Of a DNA stretch of 64,000 nt, positions 53,504 to 61,965 are shown in pieces. The position numbers and the translations under genes are program-made. Below the pieces are notes generated by a model that ran no database searches, was not told the origin of the DNA, and saw only the letters and a list, made by a program, of their open reading frames with translations. Every line of letters begins with the position of its first letter. The first letter of the stretch is position 1. The DNA comes from Escherichia phage JLBYU32. The DNA is taken from sequence record OK272490.1, one strand, 5' to 3'.

Positions 53504-54049
53504 TCAAAAGTGTCCTTTTACTTGTGGAACATAAATTTCAAAAGTTGCTTTACCATCCTCTGATGGTTTTGACTGTACCTTTGTAAACACACGGTTATCA
53601 TACAGCTTCTCAAAGAAGTTTTCAAAAGGTAAATGCACAGTGGCCTCTTCAGTGACTTTATGGAAAACTGTATGGAAAACTACACCAGCATACGGTAAAG
53701 CATTGACAAGGACACCTGCACCACCAATTACAAAGACATCTTCATCAATAGAGCTATCAAGATACTTCAAAAATGCTCCAAAGGATTCTTTGCTGGCCTT
53801 AGCATACATTACATCATCTTTGCCAAAATCTATGCCTAAGTATGGTACAGAATTTGTTAAGATGAGGTTTGCACGTTCTGGTAAAGGTTTACTACCCAGA
53901 GTCTTAAAAGTCTCATTACCCATGACTACTAAGTTATTTTTAGTGAGTCTCTTAAACTCTTGCATGTCCTGTTTATGTCGAGGCCACGGCATACCAGTCG
54001 GTGTACCAAATTCACCGTTTTCACCACTTGCAAATATTAGTTTAATCAT
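53504..54049 (-). CDS. folA: dihydrofolate reductase
   Basis: N-terminal IKLIFA...NGEFG...GMPW motif typical of DHFR; 181 aa; adjacent to thyA. Confidence 0.75.
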   Translation of the reverse strand: MIKLIFASGENGEFGTPTGMPWPRHKQDMQEFKRLTKNNLVVMGNETFKTLGSKPLPERANLILTNSVPYLGIDFGKDDVMYAKASKESFGAFLKYLDSSIDEDVFVIGGAGVLVNALPYAGVVFHTVFHKVTEEATVHLPFENFFEKLYDNRVFTKVQSKPSEDGKATFEIYVPQVKGHF

Positions 54050-54306
54050 TTTGTAAACCCTTTCTTAATGAACCAGTTGATGACACTCTTCACAACTTTA
54101 CTACGATGGTAGATAAAATGTGGAGATGGTTGGTATGAACCATAAGCCCAGAAAGCGATAATTTCATTACACCCTGTGCATCGGGTACTTTCTTCAGCAA
54201 TATGACCGTTGACTATTTCACTTACCTCACCTTGTAAGTCTGTACACCCACAATGTGGACAACGGATAGGTGTTCCATCAGACTCATAGCAGTGTTCAAT
54301 TTTCAT
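54046..54306 (-). CDS. hypothetical zinc-ribbon protein
   Basis: CPHCGC ... CTGCNE cysteine pairs. Confidence 0.5.
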   Translation of the reverse strand: MKIEHCYESDGTPIRCPHCGCTDLQGEVSEIVNGHIAEESTRCTGCNEIIAFWAYGSYQPSPHFIYHRSKVVKSVINWFIKKGFTK

Positions 54307-54822
54307 TTATTTAACCTCAAAAACTGGCTCAAGAACCAATATAAAGTCTACACAGTCATCTTCTTCATCCAGAATACCATCAAAGTTCTTAGGAACGAAG
54401 TCGAAGAGGCTCATAACAAAACAGTCAGAAGTGACCTTGATAGTTCCTCCCATGTTCTCTACAGTCAACACTGTACGACTTTCTTTTACCTCCCTCAGAA
54501 GATTACCCACAAAGTCATCTAAGAAGTACTTCATCAGTGACTTAAACCCTTTAGGGTAGTCTGTACCAGAGTATGTTTCAATCTGTGGTACAAGCTTAAC
54601 ATTTATACTAGTCTTTGTTAAGAACGTGTTAGAGAACATACTATCAGGTAGCTTACAAACAGTCTTTCCAGTACCTTCATGTTCAATCTCAACAAAACCA
54701 GCTTCATCGCCACATGTAACTATTTTAAAAGATGCTTCATTCTCATACTGTGAAGCCATAAACTTTTTAAGCATCACTTTAAGGAAGTCTGCATGAGTAT
54801 CTTGTAAGAAGATATCAATCAT
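54307..54822 (-). CDS. hypothetical protein
   Basis: ORF. Confidence 0.5.
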   Translation of the reverse strand: MIDIFLQDTHADFLKVMLKKFMASQYENEASFKIVTCGDEAGFVEIEHEGTGKTVCKLPDSMFSNTFLTKTSINVKLVPQIETYSGTDYPKGFKSLMKYFLDDFVGNLLREVKESRTVLTVENMGGTIKVTSDCFVMSLFDFVPKNFDGILDEEDDCVDFILVLEPVFEVK

Positions 54823-54835
54823 AGTTAATCACCTA

Positions 54836-55195
54836 TTATGGGAACAAGCACTTAATGTCATCGTTTTTGAAAACAAAACTTGTGTAGTTATGACCGTCAA
54901 CATCCAGCCAAACAGCCTGAACATCTACACCATCAAGATTCTGGTAAAGCTCCTTGATGAAGTGGTCTTTCACAATCTGGCTACTGGTTGTTTCCAGCTT
55001 GATGTTTGAGATTGCTGAACCTACAGCCATATAACCAATGACACGTTTCTTCTCAGTATGCTTAATCTTACCATCTTTGTAAGCCATAATGAGATTGGAA
55101 AGAATCTTTACACCATAATACTTTTCAAGGTGAGTAGGTGCACCATAAAAGCCTAATGCGAAGTTTTCAGAGTGGATAATGTTTTCACGTTTCAT
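54836..55195 (-). CDS. hypothetical protein
   Basis: ORF. Confidence 0.5.
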   Translation of the reverse strand: MKRENIIHSENFALGFYGAPTHLEKYYGVKILSNLIMAYKDGKIKHTEKKRVIGYMAVGSAISNIKLETTSSQIVKDHFIKELYQNLDGVDVQAVWLDVDGHNYTSFVFKNDDIKCLFP

Positions 55196-55196
55196 A

Positions 55197-55526
55197 TTAA
55201 TCTGCCAACCTTAAATTGAAATTAACACCAAATTTTTCACATACTTCCAACATATACTCAAGGGAGACGTTACCAGTGAGATGGATTATGTTGGATACAC
55301 GAGCCTGAGAGATACCACAAATTTTAGCAACTTGCTCTTGAGAAAGACCTCTTGATTTAATCTCTCTCTTAAAACGATGTGCAACAAAGTCTCTCATTTC
55401 GTCTACATCCATTGGACAAATATAACTCTCCATTTCAGCCTCTCTATCAGCCTCCCAATCATCTTGTGGGGCATAAGGGTCAAAAGCTTCATTCATCTTT
55501 CTTCTTCCGTTTGCGTGAAGTGTCAA
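55197..55526 (-). CDS. helix-turn-helix (XRE-like) DNA-binding protein
   Basis: RGLSQEQVAKICGISQARVSNI helix-turn-helix signature. Confidence 0.6.
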   Translation of the reverse strand: MTLHANGRRKMNEAFDPYAPQDDWEADREAEMESYICPMDVDEMRDFVAHRFKREIKSRGLSQEQVAKICGISQARVSNIIHLTGNVSLEYMLEVCEKFGVNFNLRLAD

Positions 55527-55701
55527 TCAATGAATCTATGTTTGTAGCTCTAACCTTTTCACGTTCATCGTTAAGATAATCATCAAGAGCCTTTTCAATC
55601 TGTGAATCATCTTGACAGATAACTGTAAAGACTGTAAAGCCGTCTGTATCGTCAATTATCTTACCATAACCGCTTCTGGGATGTAACTTTTTAAGAGCCA
55701 T
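55489..55701 (-). CDS. hypothetical small protein
   Basis: ORF; overlaps downstream gene start by ~38 nt. Confidence 0.4.
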   Translation of the reverse strand: MALKKLHPRSGYGKIIDDTDGFTVFTVICQDDSQIEKALDDYLNDEREKVRATNIDSLIDTSRKRKKKDE

Positions 55702-55702
55702 A

Positions 55703-56086
55703 TCAAATACCTGTGCAGCTTCTGTTTTCTAAGAAATACTCAACACCATACATAGCTTTTTGCATCAAATCTTCTTTAAACTGAATACGATGATTGAGCA
55801 TAGCCTGTACATCAATATCATCATGGTGTTTCTCTTTAATATTTGCAGATTGCAGGAAATACTCTGCAAGAACGCGATACTGATAGTCAGTTACCTTATC
55901 AGTCATCTCTGTTAAAGATTCTTCAGAGATTGGTTTAAGTAGCTCACCTTTGGATAAAGCAATACCTTTTACAATCTGGCAAGTGTCTTCTGGAACACCT
56001 GACAAGTCCACATTTGGGAGTTCTGTTGCATTGACTGGTAAATTCATTGCCATAACCATTGCAGCAGCTAATAAAATCTTTTTCAT
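55703..56086 (-). CDS. hypothetical secreted protein (signal peptide)
   Basis: MKKILLAAAMVMAMNLPVNA signal peptide. Confidence 0.5.
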   Translation of the reverse strand: MKKILLAAAMVMAMNLPVNATELPNVDLSGVPEDTCQIVKGIALSKGELLKPISEESLTEMTDKVTDYQYRVLAEYFLQSANIKEKHHDDIDVQAMLNHRIQFKEDLMQKAMYGVEYFLENRSCTGI

Positions 56087-56099
56087 AATGACCTCAAAG

Positions 56100-56590
56100 T
56101 TATATTAAATTTTGTATTACATTGAGTATAAAAATAAGCTATAACACCTGACTTGTCAACAGACTTTATAGCTTATTTGGCAGATTTTTTATAAGGCTAC
56201 TGCCATCCTTCCATACCCTACCTTACCACACCTAACCATACCTAACCAAACTACACCATACAATACCTTGTTAAAAGACCCTATTTAAAGACCTTTTAAA
56301 AAGGTAAGTCTCATTTTAATGTAGCTGAGACTAACTACCCATACCGAACAACACCGCGCTATACCTTAGCCCACCTCACCGAGCCTCGCCCCACATCACT
56401 TAAAAACCCTCTTAGAAGACTCTTAAGTGATGTAATCGGATTTTTATGTAGCTCCGATTAACTACCCATACCAAGCCTAACCTGACCGCACCAAACCTTA
56501 CAACACCACACCATACCTGACCATACCAAACCTCATTAAAAGACCCTGTTTAAAGACCTTTTAAAAAGGAGCCTCCGAAGAGGCTACCTA
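56100..56590. repeat. ORF-free C/A-rich repeat region, copy 1
   Basis: shares ~70-bp block TTAAAAGACCCT.TT.AAGACCTTTTAAAAAGG(TAAGTCTCATTTTAATGTAGCTGAGACTAACTACCC) and CACTTAAAA.CCCT.TTA.AAGACTCTTAAGTGATG with 57650-58020. Confidence 0.7.
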
Positions 56591-56596
56591 GTCAAC

Positions 56597-57037
56597 TTAG
56601 AAAGGTTTTCTACGTTGCTTGTTAATGTTAGCTTTCATAGCAGCTAAATGGTTTTGCTGTTCAATCAGTCGTGAACGTTCTTGATGGCTAAGTGCCATAG
56701 TGTTCACATTCTCAATCGCTTGAGTGGCTTGCTTTAAAGCCCGACCAATCTTACCAGACATTTTACGTTTTGCAATAGTTGCTTGATGTTTAGGTTCAAC
56801 CACACGATAACCAACACCCATTGAAGCAACCAGATAAATCTTCTCTTCTTTAAGAAGCTTTTCAATAAACTTCTCAAGTCGGTTTAGACGTGTAAGTGCA
56901 TAAGCCTTCATTTCATCTTCGTACTTAACAATGTCGCCTTGATAAGTTGGCTTCACAATACCTAAGAAGGTATCCATCTCAGAATGTGATACAGTGTCAC
57001 CGTAACTAAACTTTGCTGCTAATGCTTTTGTATTCAT
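56597..57037 (-). CDS. hypothetical protein
   Basis: ORF. Confidence 0.5.
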   Translation of the reverse strand: MNTKALAAKFSYGDTVSHSEMDTFLGIVKPTYQGDIVKYEDEMKAYALTRLNRLEKFIEKLLKEEKIYLVASMGVGYRVVEPKHQATIAKRKMSGKIGRALKQATQAIENVNTMALSHQERSRLIEQQNHLAAMKANINKQRRKPF

Positions 57038-57039
57038 AA

Positions 57040-57645
<606 letters not shown>

Positions 57646-57649
57646 TTAG

Positions 57650-58020
57650 TTTATTGTTAAGTTGTTTGTAAAGAACCCTCAACAGAAGACTCTTTAGAAA
57701 CTTGGTAGATTTTTAACGTGGCTACTACCATCCACCCATACCAGACCTAACCACACCTCACCCCACCTGACCCATACCTCACATTACCATACCAAACCAG
57801 ACCCCACCTCATTAAAAGACCCTCTTAAAGACCTTTTAAAAAGGTAAGTCTCATTTTAATGTAGCTGAGACTAACTACCCGCACCTTACCAAACCACACC
57901 ATACACCACCGAACCGAACCAAACACTACCTTACCGGACATCACTTAAAACCCTTTTAAAAGACTCTTAAGTGATGCTGGTGAGTACCCGTTGGTTTATG
58001 ATGCTCAGTATACTCACCAA
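57650..58020. repeat. ORF-free C/A-rich repeat region, copy 2
   Basis: near-identical blocks to 56100-56590. Confidence 0.7.
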
Positions 58021-58030
58021 ATTTTCTATG

Positions 58031-58219
58031 TCAACAACTTTCTAATAAAGTTTTATGAAGATTTTGCTTAACAACCCGCCTCACATGCCTATGTTCTTTC
58101 TTAATAAAGAGTGACCTCTTCTTGATAGAGCGCCTATTCTTGTAAGTATTACTAGGATACTTATCATGAACCGGACAACAACTCCCCGGATTTGTAAACT
58201 TGATAATCTCTCTTTTCAC
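58031..58219 (-). CDS. hypothetical small basic protein
   Basis: ORF. Confidence 0.35.
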   Translation of the reverse strand: MKREIIKFTNPGSCCPVHDKYPSNTYKNRRSIKKRSLFIKKEHRHVRRVVKQNLHKTLLESC

Positions 58220-59355
58220 TATTCATAATCCCTAATAACTAGCCCGACAGGGAACTGTAAAGAACCCTTACGAGTCATCTTCTGGAACTGTACCGTTAAA
58301 GGTTTCCCGATAAACTCTTCAGGATGCTCAGCAAGATACTGTTTCTTCTCATGAGTAGTCTTCCATGAGACATCTACAAAGACGTTAGGAAGAGTCTCTA
58401 CAACGAACTTACCGTGGCCACGTTTATCAGTCTTGACACCAGTCACTTTAAACTCTTCAGTGTGCATCTTCTTGTGCTTAATCAAGAAGTATGAACGGTG
58501 ACAACACTCATAGAAGGAGTCTTCAGAGATTGAACGGTACATTGCACCTTCAAACTTAGCTTCAACCCACTTATCATGAGCTTCATCGAACTCTTCCCAA
58601 GAATTTACACGACGAGACTTAACAGGGACAACTTTACAGCCGTCTCTAAAGTCATTCAATGGTGAAGTCTCAATAATATCTCTACGCTCAGGCCACGTCT
58701 TAGTACTGTCACAGATATCGTACCAGTAAAACTTGAGTAAGTGTCTGTCAGGATTGTCTTCATTTTTAATCATGGAGACAATATCTTCTAAGTCCCACCC
58801 ATGAGCATAAATCTCTCCATCAAATTCATCAACATCTTTGTGGAGCCTTAACATTGCCATAATGTCAGGTATTAGTTCAGTAGGGATTTTGTAAACAGTA
58901 TTCTCACGAGAATATGCCGTGAAACTAACTGAATCATCACCTCTTGAAATTCTACAACGTACACCATCAAGTTTTGGTTGAGCATCAGCAGGGAACTTCA
59001 GATACTTTGCATGACTAACCTTTGCAGCATCATGAGCAAGCTGTACACCTACCTTCTCAGTATTCTGTGCAGATTCTTTTGTGTAAGCATACCCTTTACG
59101 GTCAACCTGCTTTTTATACTTAGCAGCAACTTCAAAGAGAGCTTGCTGTTCAGCGTTACGCTCATTCTTTTTACCAATGTTCTTAGGTTCTGCTGTATAC
59201 TCTTCAAACATCATCTTGCCATTTTCTTTACCGTAGGTTGTAATAACTTTGTCGCCTACAGCAACACATGACCAGACATTGAAAGAGCCATCTTTATTTT
59301 GTTTGTATAGAATTGTCATTTTATTCCTCTGAGTGATACCAAGTATTGCAAGCAT
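58219..59355 (-). CDS. ATP-dependent DNA ligase
   Basis: adenylation motif I KLDGVRC (KxDGxR); 378 aa, T7-ligase-like size. Confidence 0.75.
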   Translation of the reverse strand: MLAILGITQRNKMTILYKQNKDGSFNVWSCVAVGDKVITTYGKENGKMMFEEYTAEPKNIGKKNERNAEQQALFEVAAKYKKQVDRKGYAYTKESAQNTEKVGVQLAHDAAKVSHAKYLKFPADAQPKLDGVRCRISRGDDSVSFTAYSRENTVYKIPTELIPDIMAMLRLHKDVDEFDGEIYAHGWDLEDIVSMIKNEDNPDRHLLKFYWYDICDSTKTWPERRDIIETSPLNDFRDGCKVVPVKSRRVNSWEEFDEAHDKWVEAKFEGAMYRSISEDSFYECCHRSYFLIKHKKMHTEEFKVTGVKTDKRGHGKFVVETLPNVFVDVSWKTTHEKKQYLAEHPEEFIGKPLTVQFQKMTRKGSLQFPVGLVIRDYE

Positions 59356-59512
59356 TACATGCGTAAAGCTCTAAGTCATTTTTATCAGGTTTATGAAAGC
59401 AGTTTGCTCCGCAGTGGCAACGAAACGGCTTTCCACCAACTGTCAGGGTGAAGGATTGAACCTTTCCATTAGGAGTTCGTACAGCATTTTTATGCTTATC
59501 TTCTTTGTTCAT
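59321..59512 (-). CDS. hypothetical zinc-finger protein
   Basis: CHCGANCFH ... CNACN motif. Confidence 0.45.
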   Translation of the reverse strand: MNKEDKHKNAVRTPNGKVQSFTLTVGGKPFRCHCGANCFHKPDKNDLELYACNACNTWYHSEE

Positions 59513-59715
59513 TTTCTCTTACCACCAATCTCTACGTCAACCACTTGAACATCACCAGCAACATCAAACTTATGAATGATGCTTTCCACAGTGTAAGTCC
59601 AACCATCAATGCGAACTAACTCACCCTCTCGTGGGACGATTGGATTACGTTGAGCTACAGTTGTAGTGGAGTGAACAACATCATAACAATAGATATAGTT
59701 TACTAATACTTCCAT
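59509..59715 (-). CDS. hypothetical protein (start placed at internal ATG with GAGG RBS)
   Basis: track ORF 59509-59814 overlaps lipoprotein gene; internal Met has AGTGAGG RBS. Confidence 0.4.
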   Translation of the reverse strand: MEVLVNYIYCYDVVHSTTTVAQRNPIVPREGELVRIDGWTYTVESIIHKFDVAGDVQVVDVEIGGKRK

Positions 59716-59725
59716 CGTGAAAACC

Positions 59726-59983
59726 TCACTCAATAACCGTGGTATGTGATTGACCATTTTTGCCATAGCTATAAGATGTTGTTGTTTGAGAGTTTGGACA
59801 TCTGACAACAACAATATCCCTGCTTATAGCGTCACCATTGAGTTTGTAGATTTTGCAGTCTTGCATCTCTGGAGGTAGGCTGTAAGAAGCATCTTTGTTT
59901 TCATAAGAAGGGTTGCAGCCAGCCAGAAAAATTACTCCAAGTGCAACCATTACTTTCACACAACTCTTAATCTTATTGTTCAC
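59726..59983 (-). CDS. small lipoprotein (signal peptide + lipobox LAGC)
   Basis: MNNKIKSCVKVMVALGVIFLAGC; mature part ~63 aa. Confidence 0.55.
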   Translation of the reverse strand: MNNKIKSCVKVMVALGVIFLAGCNPSYENKDASYSLPPEMQDCKIYKLNGDAISRDIVVVRCPNSQTTTSYSYGKNGQSHTTVIE

Positions 59984-60115
59984 GATAGTCTACCTCTCTG
60001 TATGTTTTTAAATAGTGGGTGATGAGTTCTGGTAATTCACTACGTTTAACGTTTGAACGAAGAAGTGTCCAGTCAAAACCTTTACCAACCCTTCCCCAGA
60101 GACTGTACAGTTTCT

Positions 60116-60349
60116 TCATATCAACTCCAGAATATCAATACGTTCACCCTTAAGAACTCCAGTACGGTCTCTTGCAATCTTGCCGTCAACAATAAGGATA
60201 TGTGCAGCCCTTAAAGAGTCACCATTAAAACCTTTTACGAACTTGCTAGGCATCACTACAATGGACATCTCCTGAATCAACTCTGGAGTATAGCAATTAT
60301 CGTGAAGTTGCTGAATAACGTCTGCAAGTGTCATTTTTGATGTCTCCAA
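60116..60349 (-). CDS. hypothetical protein
   Basis: ORF. Confidence 0.45.
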   Translation of the reverse strand: METSKMTLADVIQQLHDNCYTPELIQEMSIVVMPSKFVKGFNGDSLRAAHILIVDGKIARDRTGVLKGERIDILELI

Positions 60350-60540
60350 TACTCAATGTCAATAAGTTCTTGTGCAATGCTTTTCAGATTACCTTTCAAG
60401 AAAACCTTCTCAGAACCTGAAAGAGATGAATTGTCAATTAACCTGTTCATTCTCTCAAACAACTTCTGCTTACGGTTCTTAATAGTTTCCTTTGAAGCAC
60501 CTTTCATCATCGCTGCATGGGTTCTTCCACGGTGACTCAT
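60331..60540 (-). CDS. hypothetical small basic protein
   Basis: ORF. Confidence 0.4.
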   Translation of the reverse strand: MSHRGRTHAAMMKGASKETIKNRKQKLFERMNRLIDNSSLSGSEKVFLKGNLKSIAQELIDIEYWRHQK

Positions 60541-60601
60541 AAGCCCTCCTATACAAGATGTAGTATAAGGTACTCTTCCCTGAGCACCTTGTCAATACTA
60601 A

Positions 60602-61165
60602 TTAGTGTACCTCATACCAGCTTTTACCAACCTTACCAGTACCTGTAACAAGTGTTTCTTTCTTAAGACCTAAGTTCTTAGAAGCTTGTCCATAATACCA
60701 GTCAGTAACTGCTTTCACTTCTGCCGTCATACTTTCTGGACATTCCCAACTCGTCTCGTCGTGATAGGAGCACAATAAACGAGCACCTATAGCTGGCTTG
60801 CGACCGTTCAACTTCATCAAACCTTCGTCAATCATACGACGGCAAGCAAGGTTAATTGCTTCATTCTGAACCTGCGCCTCACTACCCATAAGTGTGTAAT
60901 TCAATAACTTATGTGGAGATTTACACCATAACCACGCTCCAGCGACCTGAATGTACCCACCCTTAGCGATTGCAGCACTCTTGCCGAAAACCTCTTCTAA
61001 TGCCTTCTTAGTGGCCTTAAAATCGGCTTCTAAGTTATCAAGTAGCTTCTTAATCTTTGGTAGACGCATATAGTAGGTCTGCTTAGTCAATGCACCTTCT
61101 TCTGTAGAAGCTGCCTTAATGGTTTTGGCAAACTTCTCATCACCTGCACCGAACAATACATCTGG
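60602..61165 (-). CDS. DNA polymerase (family A), C-terminal segment (second half of motif B and motif C)
   Basis: VLFGAGDEKFAKTI matches T7-like motif B second half; YHDE motif C; in-frame stop at 61166-61168 bounds the segment. Confidence 0.7.
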   Translation of the reverse strand, partial: PDVLFGAGDEKFAKTIKAASTEEGALTKQTYYMRLPKIKKLLDNLEADFKATKKALEEVFGKSAAIAKGGYIQVAGAWLWCKSPHKLLNYTLMGSEAQVQNEAINLACRRMIDEGLMKLNGRKPAIGARLLCSYHDETSWECPESMTAEVKAVTDWYYGQASKNLGLKKETLVTGTGKVGKSWYEVH

Positions 61166-61965
61166 TCAATACACTCGCAAGGTGTACCAGTTCTCTTATG
61201 AACTTCTCCGCATTTCTACGGAGTGTCGGACTATATCACGTAGTAGTAATACTACCGTTGCACTTGGGAATGGTCATTAGCTTACCACCCTACTCTACTC
61301 AGTTCATACATTAAGTATGCTTTTCGATAGTCTCTGAACGTTTCTCTGTTAGGAACTCTAAAATACTATTGTTTACTAAGGTATGCAATTGCTCTCTGCA
61401 TATTATCTACACTGTCTGAGAACAAGCCAAGACCTCTGTTACAGTTGTGGCACAACATCCCTCTCACCTTACCTGTTTTGTGGTCATGGTCAACAACAAG
61501 TTTAGCTTTATGTCTTGAGCCATTCATGATGAAACCTTCACCGCCACAGATTTGGCACTTATGGCCACATTTACTTAACAACTCTTCAACCTCTTCTCTT
61601 TCTAGGCCGTAAGTCCTTAAGTAGTAGTTCTTTACCCTTCCCTTTTCTCCACATGCAGAACTGCAATATGTCTGTCTTGCTGTTCTAGGTGTGAATTGGT
61701 TATTGCAGCTTGGACATATCTTTTCTATGACACGGTTTGCTGCTCTCCTGTCTACTTCAAGAACGCAGTTTCTGCAACGTTTTTGATTGTACTGGTATGG
61801 CTTAAACTCTTCGCCACATCTGGAACAAACTCTCTCTTTATAACCTACCATTGTCTCTCTCCCATTTCTACTATAGGAGTCCTAACAGAGACTTCGCTGC
61901 TGATTACCATATCTTTTAAGACTTAGGCTTCCAGCAATTCACAACGTTTTACATGCGCCACTGAC
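61160..61965 (-). mobile_element. intervening sequence in DNA polymerase gene (putative group I intron; boundaries approximate) carrying HNH endonuclease
   Basis: splits motif B between ...AKNGIYA and VLFGAGDEK...; contains HNH ORF on same strand. Confidence 0.55.
61366..61851 (-). CDS. HNH homing endonuclease
   Basis: multiple CxxC pairs and DHDHKTGKVRGMLCHNCNRGLG HNH motif. Confidence 0.8.
   Translation of the reverse strand: MVGYKERVCSRCGEEFKPYQYNQKRCRNCVLEVDRRAANRVIEKICPSCNNQFTPRTARQTYCSSACGEKGRVKNYYLRTYGLEREEVEELLSKCGHKCQICGGEGFIMNGSRHKAKLVVDHDHKTGKVRGMLCHNCNRGLGLFSDSVDNMQRAIAYLSKQ

Noticed and set aside
53640-54056. 138-aa + strand ORF overlapping DHFR
   Set aside because: Antisense to a confidently identified dihydrofolate reductase gene.
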